Of a stretch of DNA of 64,000 nt, positions 47,661 to 59,900 are shown one piece after another. The stretch spans positions 2,976,001-3,040,000 of the forward strand of contig NW_027117338.1 of the NCBI RefSeq assembly GCF_038025025.1, given 5' to 3'. The first letter of the stretch is position 1. The number at the start of each line of letters is the position of its first letter. A program made the position numbers and the translations under genes. The DNA is from Phyllosticta citribraziliensis (lineage: Eukaryota). The notes under the pieces were generated by a model. It ran no database searches, was not told the origin of the DNA, and saw only the letters and a list, made by a program, of their open reading frames with translations.

Positions 47661-49555
47661 ATGGCCTCCAAGAAGCTTGACCTCGCGCCCGCGCTCTCCC
47701 CAGCTTCGAGCGGCGATGCCAGCGCTGCCCACTCGCCCTTCACCATCCCCTCGCCCACCTCTGACGGAGCCGCCTCGCCCATCACCGGCCACCCCTCCGC
47801 CTTCAATGGGCCATCGTCCGTCTCGACCCCCATCGCCCTCGCTCCAGGCCCAGGTCCTGCATCCGTCAACTCGCCCTACATCTCGCCCGCCATGAACTCC
47901 GGTCCCTGCGGAAACAGCTATGTCATTCCGCCCCGTCCCAAGCCCGGCCGCAAGCCCGCCACAGACGACCCGCCCTCCAAGCGGAAGCAGCAGAACCGCG
48001 AGGCCCAACGGGCCTTTCGCCAGCGAAAGACGCAAAAGATGGAAGAGGTGAATAGCGAGCTGCAGCGGGTGCTCGACGAGCGACGCGGGCAGTCAGACCA
48101 ACACCAGCGCGAGGTCGCTGGCCTCAACACAGCCTTGACCGCCGAGCGCTCTCGGTCCGAAGCCCTGCAGAGCCAGGTCGACACGCTGACGGCCGACAAA
48201 GAGGGCATGCGCCAGCAGCTCGACTTTGTGCAAGAGAAACTGGCAAAGCTCGAGCGAGACCTCGACTACTTCCGCCGCCTGCCTCCGCACAACCAGCTCA
48301 CGCCACCGGCATGGCGGCCCGAGCATGAAGAATCGACGTTGGCCGAGTCCCGCGGGGAGACGTCTGCCCCGTCCGCACCACCGCCTCATCAGTCCACTGC
48401 CATTACCCTGCCACCCCTCGTCCGTTCCAAGCGTGCAGCCCCCAAGGACGGCTGCGGCAAATGTGCCGACAATGGAGACTGCCCCTGTGTCGACTCGCTC
48501 GTAGACTTTTCTGGATCGTCTCGCCCCTCCAGGAACCAGGCCAAGGAGCTTGAGATCCCCGCCGTGCAGCCCCACGAGGACGAAATGGAGATTGACTTTA
48601 CCAATTTTGGCAAGAAGCCGCCCCCTCCCGGCGTCATGGAGCCCCCCTGCAAGCCCGGAACCTGCGACGCTTGCATGAAGGACCCCCTTCAGAAGCGCTT
48701 CTGCGAGACCCTGGCACGTGAGCGCCCCTTCATCACGAACAAGTCGTCGCTCTTTGCCAGCATGCGCAAGGATGATGATGGGCAAGCTGCCGTCAAACGC
48801 CAACGCCTCACTACCGAGCAACAAGAGTCGATTGACTGTGCCGAAGCCTACAAGCGGTTTTTTCGTGACGCCAACCTCCCCGTTGACCAAGAGCACCCGG
48901 CGTGGATGAGGGAGCTCATCACGTTGCCGCCCACGAAGAACGACGCCATCCGTCTGCATCAGTTGCATCAGGAGGCCAAGGAGAAACGCAAAATGTCGGC
49001 CTACGAGCTGGATATGGCATCTGTGCTCAACGTCCTCAAGAAAGCTGACACGCGGCACAGCGTCGATGCCTCGTCTGAACAGTCTCGGACCAGCATATCG
49101 ATCAGCAGCGCCGGCGAGAACAGCGCAGTCCCTCTTGGTGAGCAGTCCGCGGCACTTGTTCCTGGCGAAGCGGCCTCTGGCTAATGTGAAAGAAAAATTC
49201 AGAGCCGCAAGCTTCCTTGAAGCTCAACGGTAACAACAATGACAACTCCGCTTCGGCAAGAGAACAAGACAAGACCGCCGGCCTGGTTCTGCGTCCACCC
49301 AGCGCGCCGCGCCCGGCCATGGTCGGCCGCAAGCCGTCGTCCCGAATTCAGAGCCTCTCGGCCGCCTCGGCACCCACCACTCCGGCCTTTGAATCTCCCG
49401 GCTTCCACCTCTCCAACCAGACCTCCCACCACGACCATCATCGCAGCAGCCTGACGTTTCTCATGAACGAAAGCGGCCCAACGTCTCGTTCTGGCAGCAG
49501 CTCGTCTGTTCCTGCGAGCCCGTTGGGCACTCTGGCACCGGCCATTGAGGCGTGA
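47661..49555 (+). CDS. hapX: HapX-type iron-regulatory bZIP factor (exons 47661-49137 and 49203-49555; 609 aa spliced, 507 aa if the intron is retained)
   Basis: Hap4-like YVIPPRPKPGRKP, basic region KRKQQNREAQRAFRQRK, CGKCADNGDCPC, EMEIDFT, PGTCDACMKDP..RFCETLA, IDCAEAY, ELDMASVLNVL; intron GTGAGC..CTAAT..CAG at 49138-49202 keeps the frame. Confidence 0.85.
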
Positions 49556-50126
49556 CGGGCTGGACGGACGTAATGGTCATGTCACGATTGATGATGACGA
49601 CGCGACCACGCCGAGTCGGAGGTTCGGGTCCGGGGCCGGGTCCGTCCGAAGCGTCGGGAAAAGGTGGAGAGGGGAGAGAGCTGAGAGAGCAGTACTAGAG
49701 GACACGGGGGCAGGCAAAAAGGCAAGCAAAGGAAAGGGGCCATCCATCCATCGCTCAGTCACCGACCGGGTCACAGGGTCTGATGTCGGTTGGCCCGGTG
49801 CCCCCATTTGCCTTTGCTTGCCAGCCAACCCCGTCTCTCAACTACATTCAAAAGACCGCATGCTGACCCGGCGGCGGCCCTGGCACACCTGCCTGCCTGC
49901 GCTGCTGCCGCTGGGGGCAAAGAGCGGCAGAGCAGAGATATTGATCGAGAGGGCGTGGCGTGCCTTGGACGGCGCCGCAGCCCTTCATTGGCCCCGGCCG
50001 GTGGAGATGTGTATCACTTATGGCCCCCGATATCGGCGGCGAGCCTGTCCAGCCCGCCAGCGGGCCAACGGGCCAACGGGCCAATCGGCCCTGGCGGCTT
50101 GCCTCCCGTCTGTCCGTCTAAACGGC

Positions 50127-50136
<10 letters not shown>

Positions 50137-50158
<22 letters not shown>

Positions 50159-50160
50159 GC
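50137..50160. repeat. (TGC)8 microsatellite; a (TGTC)6 run also lies at 50488-50511
   Basis: Seen directly in the region downstream of hapX. Confidence 0.9.
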
Positions 50161-51254
50161 TGTTGCGGCTGCAAGGGGACGGGTTGGGCTACGCCTTGCG
50201 TTGCGCAGCTGTGGCTTAGGCCGCCGAACGAACGGCAGTTGTGGCGTGGCTCTTTTTCGGTACGGTCCGCGTGCTTTTTAATCTTTCATTTGTTCCCTAT
50301 TCGGGTTTTTTGTAGCGTGAGTGATGAAGAGAGAGTTTGAGAGAGCCAGCGAGCGAGCATAATGCCATGTCATGAGGAGTGCTTCTTCTCTTCGGTCGTC
50401 ATTGTCACTGTTCTGTCTGTATCTGCGTCATTGTCGATACTGCCGTTGCTTTGCCTGTCGCGCATCCACGCGTGCCCTTTGATTTCTTGTCTGTCTGTCT
50501 GTCTGTCTGTCTTCTGTTGCGCATCCACCCCCGCCGTGGCCTGCTGCCGCTCTGTCGTTGCAGCAGAAGATCAGAACAGAACCGAACTGAGTAGAGGAGA
50601 GCGTGGCATGGCAAGGACGTCTTCGCCAATTGTCGACTCGGTATGTGGATGGGACACGACCAACCAAGCGGCGGCCGGCAGACATCTGACGAGACGGGAT
50701 GGATGTGGGCGGATGAGTTATGGATTGGTAGTAACGACGGACGGACAGAGAGAAGGAAGGGGTTGGCTGGTTATTCGATGATTTAACGGCTTGCAAGGCG
50801 CAAGGTAGACTGCTGTCACTAATAGATAGAAAAGAGAGGAAGAGAAAAAAGTTGACTGGGATTTAGAGTTGCTTTGAGTCTATTAAGTGAGTTATGCAAG
50901 GCAAACGGGAGTGAGATGCTGCTGTATGAAGCATAGAGTGAAGATAGGGTAAGGCTTTCACTTAGATATGTTACTGCCACTACGACAGCTTCACTTCCCT
51001 TCCCCTTTTTTCCTTTCTCACTCTCAGATTCAGTGGCTGCCATATGCGTGCAAGTTGACCGTTTAATTGACTGCCGTGGTAGGATGAGTGCTATGATTAT
51101 TTCACTTACTTACTTCCTACAAATAAAATGTCCATATACCAGACTATAACAGATTGAGTGGCGTTGGCGTCGTCATTCCCCGTTGTCCCCTTAACATCTC
51201 CCTCTCTCCCCCCTCCCCCCCCCCTCGCTCTTTCTCTCCGAGTGTCTTCACACA

Positions 51255-52918
51255 CTAAGCCCCAAGACTCTTACCCTCATCCTCAACAAGCGGCACCTCC
51301 GCCCACAGCTCCACCCACGCCGCCGCCCTAACCCACTTTGGCCCCGGCGCCTCGACCGCATCGACGACCAGGTGCGCCGCCTTGCGCCACGTCGCGTCGT
51401 CTGTGATGCCCCATTCGAACGATTCCTCGTGCTCGTCTTCCTGCTGCTGCGACGCACTGCAAAACTGCCACGCAGCCAACACACCCCTGAGCGCCTTGAC
51501 AGCATGGCCGTCCTCCATCGGCAGCGCGACAGTGCGAGCAACCAGCGCCGCCTCATCGTCGTCCGGGCGCTTGGGGTCGTACGTGTAGAGGCGGGCAGGC
51601 GACAGGGGCTGGGCGCCGCGGGTGGCGTAGACGAAGAGGGCGGTGCGGGCGAAGAGCGTGAGGATGCGGGCGCGTGTGGACGCGGGGAGGGAGAGGTCAG
51701 GGGAGTGCAGGATGGAGAGCAGCGAGATGCTCGAGGTGATGAGGTGCATGTGGAAGAAGTCGAGTTTAGGGATGTGGTGCGGTTGCAGGGCTGTAGTGGC
51801 GAGGAGGACTGTTGGAGGAAGGAGCGTGTTAGTTGGTTCGTCGGTTGAATGGTCTTTCGATTTCGAGTAAAGGGGAAATGGGATGGAGGGATGGAGAGAA
51901 AGGGGGGAGACGTACCAGAAGCATTCACAACCTCCGCCGCGCGCCTCTCCACGTCCTCGTCGGTCGGCAAAACGACAAACTCGCCCGCCACATCCGCCAG
52001 CCGCTCGCCAACACTATCCCACATCTCGCGGCCATCACTATACTGCCCAACGGCCCTCGCCGCCTCGCGAACCTTCTCGTCTGCACTGACAGCGCGCACG
52101 AGCTCCAAAAACCCCTTCCGCCTTCCAGCTCCGCCGGCTTGGACACCCCTCTTCGCGGCCGCGGCCGCGTCGCAGTCACGGAACACGCGCGCCGTCCAGT
52201 CCTCGTGCACGGCGGCCTGCGCCAGGCCCTCGACGACGACGCCCTCGAGCGCGAACTCGACGCCGAAGCCCAGGTGCAGCAGCGGGTGCACGACGCCGGC
52301 GTAGAGGCGCGCCAGCAGGTCGGTTGCTTGCGGCGTGTCGGCGAAGAGCGCCTCGCGGACGACTGTGGGCCAGCCCTTGGCCGCGGCTTGCGCTGCGAAG
52401 AAGACGACGTAGTCTTGGTAGTAGTCGCTGTCGCCGAGGTGCTTGGTGTAGGGGAAGGAGGAGGTGGTGGCGGCGGAGGGTGAGGATGCGGATTGGGATT
52501 GGGGCTGGGAGAGCGCGGTGGTGGTTTCGGCGTGCGCTGGTTTGAGGGGCTTTTGGTAAGTGCTGTTGTCTTTGTAGGCGGCGGTAAGGACGAAGGGGGG
52601 AGCAGAGAGCGCGTAGAGCGTGAGGAGTTGATGGGGGATGTGGTTCTGTATTGACATGTCAGTTCCTGAATTTCGCCTTTTCCTTCTGACAGAGACAGAG
52701 ATAATATTGGGAAGTCCCAACAGCTTTTGAGAATAGTGACTGAGGTGACCTTAGTCTCAACGTACGTGGAATCCCCTGTCGTTGAAGAAGACGTGGAACT
52801 CTTTATGGTTGTCGCGCAGCAGCTGCGTCGTCAACTCGGCGAGCTCCTTTTTCAACGGGCCCAATTGGTAGACAGGCTTCTCCTCGCCCGTGAGCAGAAT
52901 CTTGGACGAGTCCGCCAT
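51255..52918 (-). CDS. AflY/HypA/questin oxidase-like (DUF4243) oxidoreductase
   Basis: LLRDNHKEFHVFFNDRGFH|NHIPHQLLTLYAL, LYAGVVHPLLHLGFGVEF..EGLAQAAVH, DFFHMH, EDGHAVKALR; introns 52646-52765 and 51809-51915. Confidence 0.88.
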
Positions 52919-53348
52919 GTTTCTCCGAGCTCTTGATTCGACCGACAAGTTCGTAAAACGTCGACGTGCGGTCCGTGGAGTCGATTGCGTTATCCGAGGC
53001 CGAGGGCAGAGGAGAAGTCTCATGTACTTGATCAACGACGACGACAAGATCCGATCTGTTCAATGAATGACGACAACGTGAGCTCCGTTTCTTTAAGTAT
53101 CAACGAGCGTGGTGCACGGAATTAAGCCCCACTAGTGCCGGCGGCAGGCTGTCTGCACGCGGCTTATCATCTGGTCCCCAGTCCAAACCAAGGATCCACG
53201 ATCCACCGACCCGGTCGGCGAGAGCGGTCCGGCCCTTCGAACCTTACCACATCGCGTCGGGGGTCATGTACAGGGCGGAGGCCTGCAAAGCCCGAGAGAG
53301 CGAGGTCGAACGGACACGGAGACACGGAGCGGAGGGGCGCTGCACGCT

Positions 53349-53388
53349 AATCCGTACGCTACGACGCAAATCCGCACGCTACGACGCA
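53349..53388. repeat. 20-bp tandem duplication AATCCGYACGCTACGACGCA x2
   Basis: Seen directly; one mismatch between the copies. Confidence 0.85.
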
Positions 53389-54668
53389 TTGCGGCCGAGG
53401 GAGTAAGCACGTTGGGACGGTCGAGTGGTTGCAGGAGTGGTGATCGCCGGTGGAGCAGCGTGGGAAGAGCGCTGCGCCAAGCAGGACTGTGCTATTTGTG
53501 TTGGTGCTGAGAAATCCGTTTCTCGCTGGTGGTGCACTTTTTCTTTCGTAATGGGCTTTGAATTGACAGGGGTGGCAGATCCAGGTCGGGTGGACTGAGG
53601 TGACGTCGTTGTGAGATTCTCGACTGCCTCTTCAGGACGTTTCGTTTCGAGCCGTAGATCTACTCGTGCCAATATACAAGGCCTAAACTTGTGGTGCACA
53701 AAGCAAAAGTAGGCTGGCGTATGCGGAGCTACCTATCATGCGCTTCAATGTGCTGTTTACCGTAAGCATTCGAACCAACTCAGATCCAAGAGATGGAGAC
53801 GGGAAAATTTCAAGTGCAAACAACTATTCCCAAGGGACTCTGGAGTAGCCAAAGCTGGCACGGCCGCATCTGACAATCCCGGACCAACTGTCGTCCTGCC
53901 TATTCAGAGCAAATTTTGGCGACTATGTTTCAAGCGGCGGCCAAACCCCTCGTGTCTCGTGCCTCGTGCCTTGCGCCCAGCCCCAGCATCATCGAGCTTC
54001 CCCGCGTCTTGGCCCTGGGGTTGCAGCGTCACGATCCGTGGCCGAGATGAGGATGCTAGCATCAGCGGTGCGGTCGACCGACGCGCAAACGTGCGAGACC
54101 GAGGGCGAGCGAGACGTGGGAATGTGGAGAAGAGAAGCGGAGCTGATGTCACGGCGACTGCCGCGTCGCTGATTGGCTGCTTCTGCTTGTGCTCCACCGG
54201 ACTTTGGACGCCCAAAATGCTCCGACTCCGAGCGGTGTGGTAGTCAGCGCTTCTAGACGCTGCGCACGTAGTCATGGTGCTCACGATGCTGCATAAGCAA
54301 CGTCGAAGCAAGAAATGTGTTGTGAGATGTTTCGGTATGGGGCGTTCAAGGCGTCGGCGTGTGGTCGACTGCCACGTTTTGAGAGGGGAGGAAACATTGA
54401 TCAAGAAGACTCGCACAAAGCAATGAAATGAACGAGATGGAAATAGAAATCTCTCTTTTTGGTCATTGATGAAGCAATGCGAGTGACTCATCCGTTGCGC
54501 CCTGCTGTGCAAAACCGCAAGACCACCATCTCGAATTCTCCATTTCCGCCAGAGGCAAACGCCAGTGCGATGCAGAAAACAGCAAGGGAAAAATCCAGAA
54601 AAATAATAGACAAGCAAATGCAGCGAAACTACGTGGAGGGCGCACCACAAGAGACGGACCCCTGAGAC

Positions 54669-55895
54669 CTAATCCCACTTCTTGGCAACCATGCCATCAG
54701 GGGGGCTCGTCTCGACCGGGGCCTTGCTGACCTCCTTCCAGTTGGTGCTCAACGCAGTGCCGTTGCTCTCTTGGTAGCTCTTCATCATTGCCCTGCGCGT
54801 GTCGGGATCGGCATCCTTGTACAACTTCTTGAAGAAAGCCGCTGCGGGGTCGCCATCTTCCTCTTCCACCTCGTCTCCATCACCGACCTTGGTGGTAAGG
54901 TCGTCGGCCAGCTTGTCCCAGTTCTTGGGTCCGCTGCGCGAAGATGAAGGGTACGATGGACCTGCGGCAGCCGCCTGTTTGGTAGAAGCCTGCGGTTTGG
55001 GCTCGGTGGTGGAAGGTTTTGCTGGCTGGGCCTCGCCCTCGGGCGCCTCCAATTTAGACCACTTGAACGGGTTTGCCTTTTTGAGTTTGATTTCCAGCTT
55101 GTAAGCGGTGATGTTGTAGGAAGACTTTTGCGGGTCTACAGCGCCGCGCAACGGGTCAAAAGTCTGTTGGTACGTGGAGTGGTTTTGCGTTGGTATCGAG
55201 ATGGAGAGCTGCGTCGGGTTAGCAGTAATTCAGCACCCACGTCAAAGGTCAGCCTATACCGAGCGTTCCTCAATTTCAACAATTGCTTCGTCTTTTGGAA
55301 TGCCCTTGGCCAGCAGCGTCACATAGACATAATCTGAGTCTTCGTACCAGTCGTGTCTGATTTGCTCCAGCTTCGGCTTGTGACGCTCGGCCAACGTCGT
55401 CGCAGTCGCAGAGGACTCTGTTTTCTTTTCCTCTCCCTTGGACGCAATAGGTGCGCCAGTATCGACCTCAACCTCCGGAATCTCCTTTGCGTCGGATTCC
55501 GCAGCCGCATCAGGCGATTGTTTGAGCTTGTTGGCCACCTTGCTCGACCACAGCGCCGCAGTCTTGTCGTCGGCCTTGAACTTTTTCGAAAACTCAAGCA
55601 CGCGTTCCGAATCCTTATATCTTCCAAGAGAGAAGAGAGTGATGGCGCGGCGAAGCTGCGCTTCGGCAATCAGCTCGCGTTTGGCGCGCTTGTGGGCGAG
55701 CTTGACGGCGATCTCGGCGTCTTTGAGGGCAGCTTCGAGCTCGGGAGGCGTCTTGCGTTGGTATGCTGTGCAGCGGCCGATGTAGTATGGGGCGGCTTCG
55801 GGGAGCTGTGCAAGGGCCTGGGTGTACTTTTCGATGGCCAGCTCGTACTGTTTGTCCTCCAGTGCCTGAGCTGCGGAGGCTGCGAGAGACGCCAT
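54669..55895 (-). CDS. sgt1: Sgt1 Hsp90 co-chaperone (TPR-CS-SGS)
   Basis: TPR N-terminus, CS domain IRHDWYE..VTLLAKG, SGS domain YPSSS..KNWDKL..FFKKLYKDADPDTRRAMMKSYQESNGTALSTNW; intron 55209-55259. Confidence 0.95.
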
Positions 55896-56169
55896 GGTTG
55901 CAGGAGAGCGCACTGAGCGTGGGATAGGAGTAAACGATCGGCGTAGAAGCGAATCTGGAAGGGAAGCAGCAGATAGCTCTGAAGGCGTATATAGCCCTGT
56001 ACACAGAGTGGTTGGTGGTGTTTGTTGGCTCCAGCGGGCGGAAAGAAGCTCAGAGAACCAAGCTCCGTCAGAAATGGTGGTCTGTGCGCGCTTTCGTCAT
56101 TCCCTGTACCAAAATCCGGGGAAGCTCTCCAAGACACCTCAAGCAACACCATCCTCTCTCACCACCGGA

Positions 56170-56626
56170 ATGTCACACGCCGGCGCTCCGATATTCAATG
56201 CATTGATCCGCACCCACCACATCACGTCCCGCAGAAAGGTAGTCAATCTGACAAAGGCTGCCGGCAAATATGACGTCTACGCATTGCTGCGAAGGGGCGG
56301 CTGCCCAGGCATCATGTATTGCGAAGGGACGGAAGATGGTGTAAACAATTGGATTGGTGCTGTACAGGTGCGCTCAAAGCAGCATCGTCGTTCAGTTGTG
56401 TCTTTGACTGACGTTTGTTCAGAGGCTGCGCTACAAGGACTTCCATTTGGTAACCCGTCCGGGACCAGTCCAGCCAGAACAGAAAGACGTGTCAAAGTCC
56501 GCTCATCGTAATGTCCCGACTGGTCTCTTCATAGCGAAGACGGTCAAAGAGTTCAGCGATGTCATGGATCAACGTGGGGTCCTGCGGTGGTGGAAAAGAG
56601 GCATGGGCTACGTAAAAGAGTATTGA
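56170..56626 (+). CDS. Small stand-alone DUF1115/RWDD2-C-terminal-like protein, divergent from sgt1
   Basis: LIRTHHITSRRK..GGCPGIMYCEG..V..W...VQ|RLRYKDF; intron 56368-56422. Confidence 0.75.
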
Positions 56627-56974
56627 TCCAGCGTATGACCACGGCAAATCCTGAGTACCATGTCTGGATTTGAGATGTCTGTTTAAAGGAGAGGTAGGCA
56701 TTGTTCTACCTGCCTATCTCTGTTTGTCATAAATCCTGCGAGCATCCAGTCCACCACATGCCCTCTCCATCCTCGCTCGAATAAAGAAAATCGGAAACGC
56801 CTTTTGCCGAGTAACTCCCAATCCATGAGGCACGTGTGCCATGAAAACTCCCAGCTGTCCCGTCCAAGCGGGCCAGTCCCAAACACCTTGCTAGAACCTG
56901 CATTGCTCATGAAAAGAAGAGCAACGAAAAGAGAAAAGGAAAAAGGGAAAAACTTCCATCGTCCACCTACCGCC

Positions 56975-59900
56975 TCACTCGAGCAACGCTCCCAAAATCA
57001 GGCTCTGAACGACAAACTCGTCACCCACAACCTTGACCTTTCGGCCAGCACCCAAATCGACGACTCTGACCCCAACGCCAGCATCTCCCTTGGCCTCGTC
57101 CGCGGCAGCTTCGCTGTCCCGTTTGCGCTTCTTGCTGCGTGACGCGGTGCTGGGGACAGCGTCAGCGCCTTCAAAGGTCCTGACCGCACCCTCGACGTCG
57201 CCGCCATCGACGTAGACCCAGTCCCAGCCTTGGCCTTCTTCTTGGGGGCCAGGTGCAGCGCCGGTGCCCTCTATCAACGCCTTACGTGCCTCCATCACTC
57301 CTGTGCATCCTCTGACCCGTCGAGCGCCCATGACGCGCGTCAAGAACTCGTACGCTGTTCCCCTGCTGCGCTGCTTGAGTACAAGCAAGACGTTCATGCC
57401 ATCAAGCAATTTCTTTCGTCGCTCGAGTACTGAGGTGAGGCGGCCTTCCTCGCTGCCAGCTTCGTACATTGGCTCGATGACGCGGCTGCGGACTGCTCCG
57501 CCGAGCGCCACCGACTCGCCGGCTGGAAGCAGATAGAGCGACCAGGGCGCAAGAGCGTTGCGAGACAGCGAGGCGCTGAGCCAGTGGTGCGAGAGGCATG
57601 GGAGATACAGCGCCAGCGCTTGAATGTACTTTGTACGACGGGAATGACGATCAGAGATGAGGGCTACAAAGGACAAGGAGCTGGCGTAGGGGGTGAGGAT
57701 CAGAGGCTGGCTGTCGTCCATTGCCTTTGTGGTGGAGGGAGTCATGGGTCCAATGGACTTTTTGCGCGACGTGGATTTGGGCGTCGATTTGCCTCTGGGA
57801 GTCTCGCCCTCTTTGTCATTTGTAGTGCCGTTGTTGTTAAAGAGCACCTCAAAGCCCGATTCCAAAACTTGTCCACCGTTGTTTGTGATCAGTTTGATGA
57901 CTTGGATCTTTTCCCGTTCGTCGCCATGCCAAGTGAGCGCAAATGCCATTCCAGCAAAGAGTCCGGTAATATTTGCGGCGCATGGTGTTGCAACTGACCG
58001 TTGCACAGAAGTACCTGGAGTGGGAAGAACTTGACGACGCGAAGTTGTCGTCGTAGGCGTACCAGGCGCAGAAAAGTTTGTTGATGGGGTTTGGGGTCGC
58101 ACGCTGAAGCCTGGGGCCAAGCTGGGTGGAAGTTTGAATTCGCGGTCCTTGAATTGTGGCCACATGGTACTCGTTAGGTACACACTGGCGACAGGAACAT
58201 CGACCGTCTCCCGATTGGTTGATCCGGGCAGACTTTCACGACGTTTGACTTCGAGGACGACGGTCTTTGCTCCGTACACGTCGGTAGATGGATGATCATG
58301 TTTCGCAACGGCATCCGAAATGGTTGTGGCTGACATGAAATCCTTCCAGCCTCGCACCACGTAGTTCTTCGTCCTCATATTGGGCAAGTCCACTTTGATA
58401 AGGTCCCCTTTGCGAAGATCGCAGCGGCGAACTTCCCAATCCTCCAATGTGTCTTCAGTGCCATCATCGAAGCGGATTTTGCAATGCATGCGGCCGGACG
58501 TCATGAAAGCTGAGATACAAGTTGCAGGGTAGTACGCGATGGCATATCCTTTGAAGCGTGCCAGAACCCTTTCTGGAGCTACCGCTTCTCGATTGTGTTC
58601 TTCAGTATCAGCATTGACATCCTCAGGTCGTGAGTCGACTGGCCCAGGCCCTGCCTGTTCACTGGTCGCCACGGCAAAGTCATCCTTGGGCTTTTGTTGT
58701 ACTGCCTCCTTCTTTCGGCTGGACGAAGCTGGAGTCTTTTTGGTAGACTTTGCGGGTCCTTTCTTGTTTACAGCTTGTGGCGACTCCCTAGCATTGGTGG
58801 CACGACGGGTCTTGGTTGGCTGTTCTTGGAGAGGCTTCGCAGGGGTTGCCTTGGCTTGTTTGCTAGGCGATGGGAGGAATATGCCCGGCTTTGGAACGGC
58901 AGGCTTCGTGAATACGGTCTCCTCTTCTTGGACTGCTGCCGTTCGAGTGGCGCTCATGGGTGACTTGAAGTGGGGCGATTTCGGCGTTGGCGAGGCATCG
59001 GGAATGCGATTGATTTTCTTTGGCGATTCACGGAGCACCCTGTGGCTATACGTCTTGAGACGTTTGGCAGGTCGGAAAGGAGACGAGCCAGTTGCGGACA
59101 TGATCTCTGCAAACTCTTTGTCATCGTCATCAAGTATATCCGTCTGTATTTCGATATCATCCAGTTCTTCCTGGTGCTGCGAAGGGTCCGCCGCGATTTC
59201 TGACAGCAAGCGAAACGGACGCGTCGACTTTGGTGTAGGTTGGACGAGACTCTTGGCCGGACTTGGTTGAGATTTGCGTGGAGACTCCATGCCCGAGTTG
59301 TGAGTCCGAGCAGTACCAAACAATAAAGGTGTTTCGTTCGAGTCTGTCATGTCGTCGAAGTTGGTACGGTCTGGCTGTTTGGGAAGGTGCGCGGAGGTGG
59401 CGGGCTTCTCCTGCGCAACTTGGGAAGACATGTCCAAGTAGTCTCTTGCCTCTGTGTCCGAATCTGGAATTGCCGTGCGTACTCTCCCAAGGTCAGACGT
59501 CTGATGTACGTGAGGTTCTCCAGTTTCGTCGTCCTCCATATGCTCGTCCTGCTGGGCCTCTTCTCGAAGCTCTGTGACCGTGACATCTGCGCTCTCTGGC
59601 TGTCCAATAGAATGCACCTCCTTGCCAACATCATCTTCGCTTTCGCTCGAACACTCTTCTATTTCTTCAGGCTTCTGGACCACACGAAGAGCTTCATTGT
59701 TCTCATCATCGGGTCCAGACGAAGACTCAATGTAGTCCACGCCGCCGTCGAAATCGTATCCGGGATCCGGTTTATCAAAATCATCATTGACAGCTCCGAC
59801 ATCTTCCTCTTCATCTTGTCGATCACCATCGGCCCCATGATGCTCGTCCATAGCCAGTACAGGAGGGCTGCTTGGAATGACGGGTTCGCCGGCGTCGTGT

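Noticed and set aside
53379..54650. Minus-strand ORFs between the AflY-like gene and sgt1
   Set aside because: No coherent gene model or coding-like signal; probably UTR or intergenic DNA.
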